From assembly GCF_006345805.1 (NCBI RefSeq), contig NC_043009.1:15190001-15254000 (forward strand): a stretch of 64,000 bases of DNA, given 5' to 3'. Under the pieces are notes generated by a model. The model saw only the letters and a program-made list of their open reading frames with translations, had not been told where the DNA came from and did no database searches. This document shows, piece by piece, positions 51,500 to 62,920 of the stretch. The translations under genes were made by a program, and so were the position numbers. Position 1 is the stretch's first letter; each line of letters begins with the position of its first letter. Source of the DNA: Octopus sinensis. Lineage: Eukaryota.

Positions 51500-52000
51500 A
51501 TCATAGATGTGCATTTCAAAGTTAGTAGAGAGTCCACCAAATCACCTGGATTAATGTTTACTATCAAATTCACCTTTATTTAGTATGAAGCCGAGTTCCT
51601 TAATTTCAATGGTGTGCTATACCATTCCAGCAATTCGTTTGTATATGCCAATGAGTATAGCTGCTGACATTACACAGGAAACATAATCTAAAGTCAAAAG
51701 TACAAAGGTTCTATTTCACAGCAAATAGAGCCTCTGTACCTTTATCCAGCTTGAAATGTCTTATAAAATTCCAGCGATAAGACTCCAAATGTACATTTAA
51801 AGTAACATTGGATGAATAATACATCTGGTAAGTTAACACGAACAATGTAAGAAACTGCACGTAATCTCAAAGGATGTATATTAATATAGATGAGAGCTTA
51901 ACCTTCCGGATTATGATGCTGATAATGAGGAAGGACATAACAACCATTGAGGCAGCAGAAATGTGTAAGATAAATTCAAAACAGGAAAGTTTAAAAGAAA
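51500..52000 (+). mobile_element. Possible Penelope-type RT relic
   Basis: EFLNFNGVLY..FVYAN and DESLTFRIMMLIMRK loosely match the F.FNG..Y..A..YAN and L.FLD..I.RK motifs. Very decayed. Confidence 0.3.
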
Positions 52001-52535
52001 TGTCGAGACAGAAAATAATTTGCATAGGGAATGCACCAAATGAGAGAGGGAAACTGATGAAATATGAAAAGAACATTTCAGAGTTTGCTGAGCAAAGAGA
52101 AACTGATAGAGAAGGATTTATTACAGGTCTTGAACTTTTCTAAGTGTAATAACTTGTCCTCTAGTTTTCCAGGTTTATAATCTTAAGAATATTGCTTCTC
52201 TTGTTCGAATTTTTCCATGTAATGCAAAAGATGTGGCATCTTAAAACGAGAACTGCTTCTGTTATTGTATCAAAACTGTATGTCAGAAACACCTACAAAA
52301 GATCCCAGGTGAATCATGTCTCAGAGAGATCCAAAGGACTGTGCTGACAAGTACTACCAACATCCTTGGAAAAACCCCATCCATTTAATTGTCTGTGTTG
52401 TAGTACATGAAGATATTTCACTACATCCCCACCCCAAGCTTTCAGTCATACTGTGACAATTCTTATCCTTCACTCGCCACTGGACAGTGGTTGTGTCTCG
52501 GCAAGTGACTATAACAAGGATGCAGATTAAAATTA

Positions 52536-52648
52536 AAGAAGAAGAAGAAGAAGACGAAGAAGAAGAAGAAGAAGAAGAAGAAGAAGAAGAAGAAGAAGAA
52601 GAAGAAGAAGAAGAAGAAGAAGAAGAAGAAGAAGAAGAAGAAGAAGAC
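52536..52648. repeat. (GAA)n microsatellite
   Basis: Read directly from the sequence. Directly upstream of an R4-like LINE 5' region. Confidence 0.98.
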
Positions 52649-52649
52649 T

Positions 52650-54350
52650 CTCAAAGCTGAGGTCGTGAATGAAGTTGAGTATCTTTCACTTATAAAATGC
52701 CTCAATAGTCTGCGCTAAATATAGGCACTGATAGTAAAGTCTAACTCCTGGCCTTCGCCTGAAGAAGCCGTCTGGAACTGTCAGGAGAAAGGAGTGAAAG
52801 GACGATTGTGTAGTGCCGCCAAATAACCAAACAAATCCGCTAGCGATAACGGTGTGAGCAGGACTGGAGCCAATGCTGAAGGTACTGTTCCTTGCAGGGG
52901 TCCCATCGTGCTGCAGGGAAGATCCGTTTGTAATCCTGCAACTGGTAATCCTGCTGCGAGACAAAAGTGGGGTAAAGAAATATATATTATGGTTATGGAG
53001 TGTTCCAGTAATTACAAATGGCGCACTGGTCATTGAATACAGATAACGAATTCACACAAAATGGAAAGGGATGGAATTATTTCAAATTACAGAACAGAGC
53101 AATATGAAAGAATGAGTCGTTATCCCAGTTGGAGTCAGAAACTCAAAATAATATCTGGGGATGCTGAGAGTTTGAGAAACGAATGTGGCTTAATGGAAGA
53201 AAGAAACAATTGTTCACGAGAATATCCTTGTGTGAGTGGTGAAAATATCGAGATTGGAGAACAAATAAACGATGAAGATCAAAAACGATTTTATAAAGAA
53301 ATTAATAACTTCGCATACGAAAGATTAGCTCCTGGTACAGAAGAAAGTCGACAGTTTTATGGGGTGATATGAAGTAAAGAACAACATATTGGAGTTGAAT
53401 GACTCTGCACTCTGATGCAAACAGCTTCCTATCGCCAGCAAAAAAGCTATCCTCTTTATCGAGGACATCAGAAATGTAATCAAAATATGAATGGCAGCTT
53501 GACTTCAGTGTGCACAGAGATTTTGGTTAAAAGAGTTCAGTAGGTGCTATAAATTGATTACAGAGCAATTTAATGAATTAATTTATAGAACAAAAGAAAT
53601 TCCATGGTAGTTGGCTGATGGATGCAGGGTGTTGTGTTTGAAGTATTATCAAAAGGAAATTCATGTCGACGATTACAGGCCGATTTCTTGCCTTCCATCA
53701 ATGTGGAATTTACTGACACAAGGGATTGCAGAACAAATATACGAATTCCTTAATGATAATGCGATTTTACTAATGGAGTAAAACGGGTGTTAGGAGGACA
53801 TGCAAAGGCACCAAAGATCAATTATTAATTGTGAAAATAAGAATGAAAGATTTTAAGCGATGGAGGCAAATTTGGGAATGGCCTGGATTGATAACCGCAG
53901 AGCTTACGATATGATTCTACATATTTAGATTTGCAAGGAATGTCACATATTTTATGAAGAGAAGTATGGTGGGTTAGAAAAGTGTTTTGACATCGAGCAG
54001 GCTAAGTTTGGACATTTCAGGCATCAAGAGAGGGAATAGAGAATTTTCAAGGGGATAGATTATCTTTGATGCTCTTTATACTTTACATGATGCCTTTCAC
54101 ATTGATACTGGGAAAAGTGAACCTGAGATATCAATTCAAGTGAAACGCAAAAAATCAATCACCTTCTGTTCCTGTATGATTTGAAGATGTATGGCAAGGA
54201 TGAGGTACAAGGGAATTCATTGGTGAACACTATTCACGGTTGTAGAACTGATGCTAAAATGGAATTCGGACACAGAAATTTTGATGCACTGAGTCTGTAA
54301 AGAGGTAAGGTGCAATCCTTGGCAGTGATGCGATGACGACATAGAGAAGT
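52650..54350 (+). mobile_element. R4/Dong-like RLE LINE, 5' region through RT
   Basis: RQKWGKEIYIMVMEC, DQKRFYKEIN, EESRQF, DYRPISCLPSMW, GTKDQLLI, MAWID..RAYD, FQGDRLS, INHLLFLYDLKMY. The exact 5' boundary is uncertain. Confidence 0.8.
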
Positions 54351-54369
54351 AATGAAACAATTTGAAAAG

Positions 54370-54525
54370 AAAGGTAGCATTTTCTCCTTCTTTACGTTCT
54401 GAGTTCAAATTTCGCTTTTCATCATTTCAGATTTGATGAAATAATCCCAAATGTGCACTGGGCTCAATAAAATTGATATACTCACTCCCACGCAATTGCT
54501 GGCCTGGTCTCAACCTTTGAAATGA
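54370..54525 (+). mobile_element. Decayed older SINE variant
   Basis: TTTACGTTCTGAGTTCAAATT..GCTTTTCATC..GGCCTGGTCTCAACCTTTGAAA. Confidence 0.6.
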
Positions 54526-55394
54526 ATATCGATGATCAAAGAGTTTTACAAGCTTTATTGGATTTATTGGCTAGTAAAACAACCATAGATTATCTTGTTT
54601 CTCCTAGAATTTGAAAAATCAATAGTTGCCATTATACTTCGTTCATGGAGTTCAAGTTACTACATTTTTTGAAATAGTTTTAAATAATAGTTTTGCTACT
54701 GCATTTAAATCATATTGAAATGATGTTAAACTAAATCATTTGTGTATGAATTAAATAATTCCTACATTTTGTTGACTATGGAAAAGTCGTTTAGATATAC
54801 ATTTAACTAATGTCACGATTAGTATGCCTTCTTTTATGGATATTAATTCAATGCTTTTGGCTTTCAACAATTCTAGAATAATTTCAGAACATTCTGTACC
54901 ATTATTTCCTTCCACGAATCAAAACTCCATCCTCATATACGTTACAGCGTATGAACTTTGTCCCTTTAGAATGCGGATGTACAACAAATACACGTCAATA
55001 GACTGCTTTATAGTATTGTATATAAATATTACAATTGCTAAGTTATAATACCAGTCAGAACATGGTTTTAAAATAACCGTGTTATGATGGTAGTGTTGTC
55101 ATAACATTCCTGCCTAGTAAGTCACACTTAAGTGTTTGCTATGTGATCCAGCTGGATGATCATTTGAAACAGATTGTGTGACAAACAGCGTCCCTGTAGC
55201 GGTATTCGAGGAAATAATTACTAATAAATGTCAAGTTGCTTACGTCTGCCGAAAGGGGAATTTAGACAAATGTTTGTCGTTTTACGTTTGAAGCGACAAA
55301 AGTATAAATGAAAAGAAAATGAAAAACTGGAAGTTTGCAGACACAGGTAGTTATAAAATATGTTGTGTTTTAGATATTCATTTGTACTATAGTC

Positions 55395-55778
55395 AGAAAG
55401 CCCGACATTTTGGGCGAGGTAGGGCCAGTCGATCAGATCGACTCCAGTACACAACTAGTACTTAACTTATCGACCCCGAAAAAGGAAAGGCAAAGTCGAC
55501 ATCGGCAAAATTTGAAATCAGAACGTCAAGACACACGAAATGCCTATTTCTATTTCTTTACTACCCACAAGGGGCTAAACACGGAGAGGACAAACAAGGA
55601 CAGACAAACGGATTTAGTCGATTACATCGACCCCAATGCGTACCTGGTACATAATTTATCGACCCCGAAAGGATGAAAGGCAAAGTCGACCTCGGCGGAA
55701 TTTGAACTGAGAACGTAAAGGCAGACGAAATACCTTTAAGCATTTCGCCCGGCATGCTAACTTTTCTGCGAGCTCGCC
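55395..55778 (-). mobile_element. Two abutting SINEs: older variant (55395-55545) and a full-length young copy (55546-55778)
   Basis: Both carry ATCGACCCCGAAA..GGCAAAGTCGAC. The young copy interrupts the head of the older one. Confidence 0.88.
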
Positions 55779-56268
55779 TACTTGTTGTGTCTTAGATATT
55801 GTTACTTCCAGATATTTCGTCAACCTATAAAATATTTTGTATAAAAGAAAAACTTAAACGAAATATTTACTTAAAATAAATATTACAAGAAAAATAGAAA
55901 TTTAAAAGAAATTTATATAAATTCACTGCTTTGCCATATACAAGCCGTCATATATACATATTGAATAGATTTTCTTGATATTCAGGTGGCTCCTGAATAG
56001 CAGGAAAGACTGTGGTTTTTATTTTATTTTTCAATTTCTTAATCATGTTCGAAACTATTTAGAATTTCAAAAACAATGTATTTGATAAACCGTTTGGCAA
56101 GGTTTATTGGATTTGAATATATGATTTAAGTAATTACTAATGGACGTTATTTATGTAGTTTCAAATATTATTTATATATTTTGGATATATTTTACAAAGT
56201 TTGTAACATTTGGTTTAACGATCGTTAGTGCAAAATTATATCTCAATACCAAATGTGCACTTATATAT

Positions 56269-56321
<53 letters not shown>

Positions 56322-57121
56322 GGATCTTTACCTTTTGACCGACAGATTAAAAAAATAATTTTTGTAACTAAGCACTTTCAAATTTCGTATACTTGTAGAA
56401 TGTGTCACATAAAACATCTCTTATTCTTGGCGTTGTTGAGAATATTCTGTATTTTGGAGGTTATTTCTTGTTGAATTTGTCGTATTTCGCTAATTTCAAC
56501 CAATCAATGACGTGAATTCAGCTGAATAAAATTACTGCCGTTGTTTGTCAACAACAACTATCGGCGGTGTATATTTCGTTTGTCACTGTTATTTATGACA
56601 TCGTTAGTGCGTTTGTACTGGTTTTAGCTTTAAGGTTTTAAGGTTAGGGTTAGTGTTTTAGGGTTAGGGCTAGGGTTTTAGGGTTAGGGTTAGGGCTTTG
56701 GGGCTAGGGTTAGGGCTAGGATTGGAGTTTTAGGGTTAGAGTTACGGAAAAAATGAAAAGTGAAGCACGAACGGTTACGGTGGTGCCATGAAGTAAACAT
56801 GCTTCAGATACACTCGTTTATTCATACGAACGTAACTGAGATGAATATGTCATAAATAACAGTGACAAACGAAATATACACCACTGGAAGTTGTTGACAA
56901 ACAACAGCTGTAATTTTATTCAGCTGAATACACGTCATTGATTGGTTGAAATTACCGAAATACAACTTTAACAATAAATAGCTCCCAAAATACAGAATTT
57001 TCTCAACAACGCCACGAGTAGAAGATGTTTTATGTGACACATTCTACCAGTATACGAAGTTTGAAAGTGTTTCGTTACAAAATCTCATTTTTTAAATCTG
57101 TCGGTCAAAAGGTAAAGATCC
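56322..57121. mobile_element. 800-bp MITE with ~275-bp terminal inverted repeats and a degenerate (TTAGGG)n core
   Basis: Ends GGATCTTTACCTTTTGACCGACAGA / TCTGTCGGTCAAAAGGTAAAGATCC. Arms 56322-56601 and 56847-57121. TTAGGG/CTAGGG/TTTAGGG repeats at about 56625-56745. Confidence 0.9.
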
Positions 57122-57914
57122 GTATTATATAACATAGAAAATTTTAAAAAACATATAAGGCCAACAATTTGTTTCGACTTATATACATTAGTTGATTTAT
57201 AAAACTTCCCTATGCATACAAGCCTCTTCAGGACATTTGTTCAAAAAACAGAAGAAATTCCATGTAAATGACTGTCAAATTGCAAAACGCTACAGATTCC
57301 AAATACCTATGTTTAGGAGCGTGAGCGTTAAAATTCAAATATATAATAAATACAATGAAAGAACAACAAATTTCAAATGGATAATATATATGTAAAGAAA
57401 ATTTATAATGGTCATATAATGTCTTTGTTTTTTTTTATATCTCCAATAATATTAATATAAATGTGGTATTCAACTGCTGCACTATTAAAATGGATGTTTT
57501 ACATCTCTTTGAAGGAATTGTTTTTCCTTCGTTCTCTGTGTGTGTGTGTGTTGAGAAACTGTTCTGCATTTTATGCTTTCTTATTTAGAAATTCATCATT
57601 TAGATTTTCGGAAATGTTAGTTTTCTACAGAAACATTAATTATCCTACTTTAATGTTCTTTCTACTTTGATTAGCACTTGAATTGAAACATAAAATTCTA
57701 GTCTTCTACAACTTATTTCGTGCATGAATTTATATGAATTCGTGCGCTTTTCAATTTTTATTTTATTTGAGGGTCTTCCATTAAACACTGAGAATACCAA
57801 TGTTATAGTAATGAGAATTTCCTTTCTTTTAATATGGATGGGTATTTTCTCGTTTCGGAATTTCCTGAAATTGACTTGATATCGTTCTTCAGTATCATAT
57901 CTCTTTTCTCTTTC

Positions 57915-58317
57915 TCTTTTTACTTGTTCCGGTCATTTTGACTGCGGCCATGCTGGTGCACCGCCTTTAATCGACCAACTCGACCCTGGGAATTATTCTT
58001 TGTAAGCCTAGTACTTATTCTATCGGTCGCTTTTGCCGAACTGCTAAGTGACGGGGACATAAACACACCAGCATCGGTTGTCAAGCAATGCTAGGGGGAC
58101 AAACACAGACACACAAACATACACACACACACATACATATATATGCATATATACGACGGGCTTCTTTCAGTTTCCGTCTACCAAATCCACTCACAAGGCT
58201 TTGGTCAGCCCGAGTCTATAGTAGAAGACACTTGCCCAAGGTGCCACGTAGTGGGACTGAACCCGGAACCATGTGGTTGGTAAACAATCTACTTACCACA
58301 CAGCCACTCCTGCTCCT
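57915..58317 (-). mobile_element. tRNA-derived SINE with CORE-like segment, (CA)n linker and 3' domain, near full length
   Basis: On the minus strand: head AGGAGCAGGAGTGGCTGTGTGGTAAG, B box GGGTTCAGTCCC, GCACCTTGGGCAAG (CORE-like), 3' domain at 57915-58110. Confidence 0.88.
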
Positions 58318-58454
58318 AGGTTTCTCCGCAGTAAATATTTCAATGACGACATCAATACAATTGTTTCTTCTGCAGCTTTATCGTCTTTTATTTGCTTCAT
58401 CATTTCGAGGACAGTTTTATGCAGCCCGAGATGTAAATTATAAAACCATTACAA

Positions 58455-58616
58455 CATTATTTACATTATTTACATTTGACGGATATTTGTCCTCATCTTG
58501 TTTGTTATTAACACAACGTTTCGGCTGATATACCCTCCACCCGTAATCAGGTGTCTCGGAAAAATTACGAACCAGGGTTCTCATTCCTATGGTATTGTTC
58601 GATGTTGTTCTTGTTG

Positions 58617-58668
<52 letters not shown>

Positions 58669-58777
58669 GATTATCATTATTATGATTATCATTATTATTA
58701 TTCAGGTCACTGTCTGGAATAAAACATGGAATATGGGGGTTGGTAGTCCACGATTTTAACCACTATGCCATATACCC
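58455..58777 (-). mobile_element. tRNA-headed SINE with (AAT)n and degenerate hammerhead ribozyme
   Basis: A box TGGCATAGTGG, (AAT)n, then GACAC-CTGATTA-CGGGTG..CAGCC-GAAAC-GTT-GTGTT at 58510-58555, and a tail homologous to 31527-31630. Confidence 0.8.
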
Positions 58778-58782
58778 GTGGG

Positions 58783-58865
58783 ACAAGATGAGGACAAATA
58801 TCCATCAAATTTAAATAATGTAAATAATGTACACAATGCCTCATCTCTGAAATATAGAACTGTAG
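58783..58865 (+). mobile_element. Inverted tail fragment of the same SINE family
   Basis: ACAAGATGAGGACAAATATCC..AAATAATGTACACAAT..CATCTCT.AAATATAGA matches 31560-31630. Confidence 0.75.
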
Positions 58866-60358
58866 AAACATTGCAACATTTAGAAAATGACATAATGCAG
58901 CGAGTGCTTCAGGGGATATGCTCTTGGTTAACCTGTGTACACCAAGAATATGAAATTTGTCAGCTATGTAAATGTGAGTAAGTTTGTGTGAACAAGTGAA
59001 AGCTGTGATATGCATATTAGCAATGGTATTTAATACAAAGATGCCATTCACAATCTAAAACTAAATCTAGTAATATAATATTAATGGATGTTACGTGCTA
59101 ATATAAGCCCCTGATGAATTGCTTGCTTCTCAAATATGTATGTCGACAAATTATTGCTTTAAGCCATAATCAGCTTGGTAAATAATTGAATGTCGTGCAT
59201 TCCCGAGAACACAGTTACGAAATACAAGTGAAGTATATAAGTTGAAGAATTGGTGTAAACTCAAGAAGCTTTCTGTGCAACCAGCTTGTCCGAGCTTTGT
59301 TCACACAACGTCAGATCTTAAGCAGGTGCCTTGAATTAAAGTGTCCGATAATATTATGCATTCAAAGTGTATGTTGTTAAATAAAACTGGTGCAGAAGCT
59401 TATCGCGTATGTATGTGTGGCGGTGTTTACATTTCCTGCATGTAATACAAGAAAGAGACATCGATAAATTAGAAAGAAACAAACAAGTATATGAATGTAT
59501 ATCGTTTGTTATGAACATATTGGAAATGAAGCTATGCATTATCAATAAAACAAAACGTTTTCTTTTCTCCACTTTTACGTAAAGTACATTAATGCACATA
59601 GTAGCATGCGCGCGCACGCACGCACACACACACATGTACATGCATACAGTTCTTCATTTCCTTATTTATATTGCTTCCCATCCGCTTCCCCGCTTTAGGC
59701 AAAGAGTTCTTTCCTTTTTTTCCTTTTTCTGGTCGTTCTTCTTCATCCACGCAAATCAAAAGTGTAACGCAGAATTTTTGCCAATTTATCATCTTTTGAT
59801 TCTTAAGGACATCTTCAACCGAATAAAAATGATGTTTTATATCATTTTTTTTGTTCCTGCTTTGGGTCCTCTGTTTTGTTCCTGCTTTGGGTCCTTTCTT
59901 CTGATCAGTCACGTGTTTTAGTACTTTTCTCGCTTTCGTTTCTCAATTTCTATCTTGCCAAAATTTATATACATAAGAAAAGGAGTGTATGTCCACGAAG
60001 AAAAAATAAGGGAGAAATTATTGTTGAAAACGAACCTGAGTTTGAAAAAACTTGTAATTGACTTTAAATAAATTTATTTATATACAAACCAAATTAGCTT
60101 CGACTATTTTTTGTTTATCAATGATATAAACGTATGGAATTTTTTTTAAAATTCGATTGCGAAGTAGAAAACCTGTTTAAATGATTAACTATTGACAAAA
60201 TTCGATAACAATAACAACAAAAATGATCGGCAAAGAATATAAAAAATGTTGATCAATGTGTTTAAATGATTAAATGTTAACAAAATTAAATATTATCAGA
60301 AATGAACAGCGAAAAATATGAAACATTTGTGGATCACCAAATGTGCTGTAATACTGAG

Positions 60359-60360
<2 letters not shown>

Positions 60361-60398
<38 letters not shown>
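60361..60398. repeat. (AG)n microsatellite
   Basis: Read directly from the sequence. Confidence 0.95.
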
Positions 60399-60401
<3 letters not shown>

Positions 60402-60842
60402 CAGAAACAAGAAAGTAAAGAAAAGGGATTTTGTTACAGTTCCTGGCATCTTAGTTCCTTTTTCCCCTCGCGTGCAGATTTTTTCGCTTGTATCGCAGTG
60501 TTTTGAAATCTGTGTATTTATAAATTTTTCGGTGTACGGATCTAATTATTGATTCGTTATAATTGTGATGACCTCTTATTCTTTCTAGTTGTCAAGGTTG
60601 GCGTTCTGCCTGGTTGTCTTTCCTGTAGGGAATGCTCATCAACCGTTCTACTTGGTTGATTATCTTAAAGGGGCGGTTCGCTTTACCTGCTGATGGTTCG
60701 ATTCTGCGAGTGATTTGGAGTTGCGGTTTCGAAACTCCAGAGGAAGGCTGTTACTAAAGGTTTTCAATTATGCCTGTTGTATCTGGTCCTTTTTAGGGGT
60801 GAAATTATGTTTTATTCTTCTTTTTAGTGTTTTTTCTTCTTT

Positions 60843-61790
60843 CTAAAGGATATTCAGCTTTTGTTCATATTTTTTAAGGGGTATACTTATTTTACTCAAT
60901 CGGAATTGGATCGAAGTGTTCCGGTGCATTGATAGATAGGGAAGATATCGTTTTCCGGGTTTTACGTTAACGAGTTTATGTCTAGGTATTTACTTACAGA
61001 AATTTTTCAGGTCGTGAGGTCCCGGATTTGTGCATGTGTCCCGTCAGTTTGTCCCCCAAGGACAAACTAGTTTAGCCTATGTAGTCTCCATCACACCCAC
61101 CATATTTGAGAACATAGGTTAAGTTCTTCGATGCACATATGAAGTGATTTTTTATGGTAAAAATTTGACCTGACGTAAATATATATGTTGAGCCCTCAAA
61201 GAGGTAGAAGCAAGTCCCACAGTTAGGGCGGTTGAATGTTTTGGCTAGTGGGATTTCTTGGCGCTTGTAATTAACATTTTCAGGGATTGTCTCTTGCTTT
61301 TAATAACCCTATGTGTTTGCACTGTTTGTTTTCATTTGCAGGCCATTCATAAGGAGGGGTATATTTTAGTGGATGATGTTCTATGCTTCCATGTTCATCG
61401 GATTGTGCGTTGCGTGATGGGGTTTTATTTTTTGCCGTAACTCTTAACTGTCTATCGATTTTGCACTTCGCATTTCGCTTTTGATTTAACTGGCCGAGTA
61501 TTTTCTATCTTGTAATGTTTTTTAAGTTCTTAGAGTCGTTTATCTCGGGTTTCGGGATTTGATGCAATCGTGCAAATTCTTCTTAGTAAGTTGAACGGCA
61601 TATTTATTTTAGTATATTTTAGGTGACAGTGAGAGAATAGAAAATTTTTTTTGAGTCCGTTGGTTTGAAGAAGATCTCGGTTTCAGTTTCAGTATCTCTT
61701 TTTATAATTAACATGTTCAGGAAGAGTAACTGTTTATGGCTGTATTCCACTGTAAAGTGGATACTGTGTTTAATGCTGTTGATTAGGTTT
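60843..61790 (-). mobile_element. Penelope-like element, decayed RT C-terminus + GIY-YIG endonuclease
   Basis: HFTVEYSHKQLLFLNMLI..FKPTDS..MPFNLLRRICTI (RT thumb), then CASKNLTYVLKYGGCDGDYIG*T and IFPIYQC..KYEQKLN (GIY-YIG). Confidence 0.85.
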
Positions 61791-61804
61791 TCTGCAACTA
61801 GGCT

Positions 61805-62920
61805 CTTGGAGATGCAACTCAACTAGCAGAGATTTCTGTCGCTGGACGGATGGTCCGGTGGAAGTGCTCAGAGTCTGGTTCGGACGAGATCTATAAGTAG
61901 ATAGGAACTGAAAAAGTTCATAACTAGGGTGGCCAAGCTCACTCAGAAATGGGCATAAAGGAAGCTGTCGTTGTAAGGCCGGGTGGAAGTAGCGAATGTG
62001 TATATCGCGTCGGTAGTGTACAACTACCAAGCCGTCGTAACTTCTAAGAAAACTGTGACCAGATTGGAGCGCTTGCTTTTCCGATTCTTATAGGAGGATC
62101 AGGTTCTGATGGTCGGAAAACCCATCTGCTGTCAACATCTACATCGTGATGGTCTTGGGATGCCAACCTTAATGATGCAGTGCCACGCTTTGAGGCTGCG
62201 ATTATGTGGACAACCCTGACGAAGACGAAAATAAGGGTGAATTGTTGTAGCGTCTTTCATGCGGACGTCTTTCTTCAGTTCATCTCATTGAGTGCACTCA
62301 GGGAGTTAAACGTAGACCAAGTTTGGGCGTTTGGCATCTATAATGTTGTCAGACACTCATTGCATTGCGTCAGTTGACCAAAGCCGCTGGCGAGAAAACA
62401 ACACAAGATTTCTGTAGGGAGATAGTGAAGAGTATGAGTGATGTTGGCCTAGTATTGAATTTAGGCATCGTAGTCTCTCCCAGATCTCTCGGGTCGAAGT
62501 TCATGCACAATTTCCAAAAGTCTTTGGCTTGGCAGTGCTACAGAGGCGCATTGCCAGTTTGAGTCAATCTCTTTGGGCATGGAGCTGCCAACAGCCGAAC
62601 TTGCCCGCGAGATGCTTTCAGGAGGACGAAACCGTCCTGCAAGCAATAATTCAGTGTCCGTGCATTAGAGAGTTGTGGTATTGTGTGAAACAGCTGTTGT
62701 CGCGTGTAACACGAACTCAACTGTCTGCCGAGTGTAAAATGAAGGTCGAAGTCCCACCTTCTCTTAGCAGAGAAGGAAGGCATATCTTACTCTGCTTGGT
62801 GGCCGTGGAAAAAGAGGTTGTGTGATGGACCCGTTTGAAAGGTTGGAAGAATAGCACATTCCTATCTAGTCAAGCCCTTATGAATTTCTTCAAATAACAT
62901 TTGAAGAGAAAAATGAGGGT
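61805..62920 (+). mobile_element. Tx1/L1-like LINE ORF2 RT C-terminal region, decayed
   Basis: DGPVEVLRVWFG, RKLSL.GRVEVANVYIAS, RLERLLFRFL, CCQH..DGLGMP, AWQCYRGALPV, CPRC..DETVLQAIIQCP, CLVAVEKEVV. Confidence 0.85.

Noticed and set aside
59105-59140. CCTGATGAATTGCTTGCTTCTCAAAT as a hammerhead
   Set aside because: Has CUGAUGA but lacks GAAA and a convincing stem I/III.
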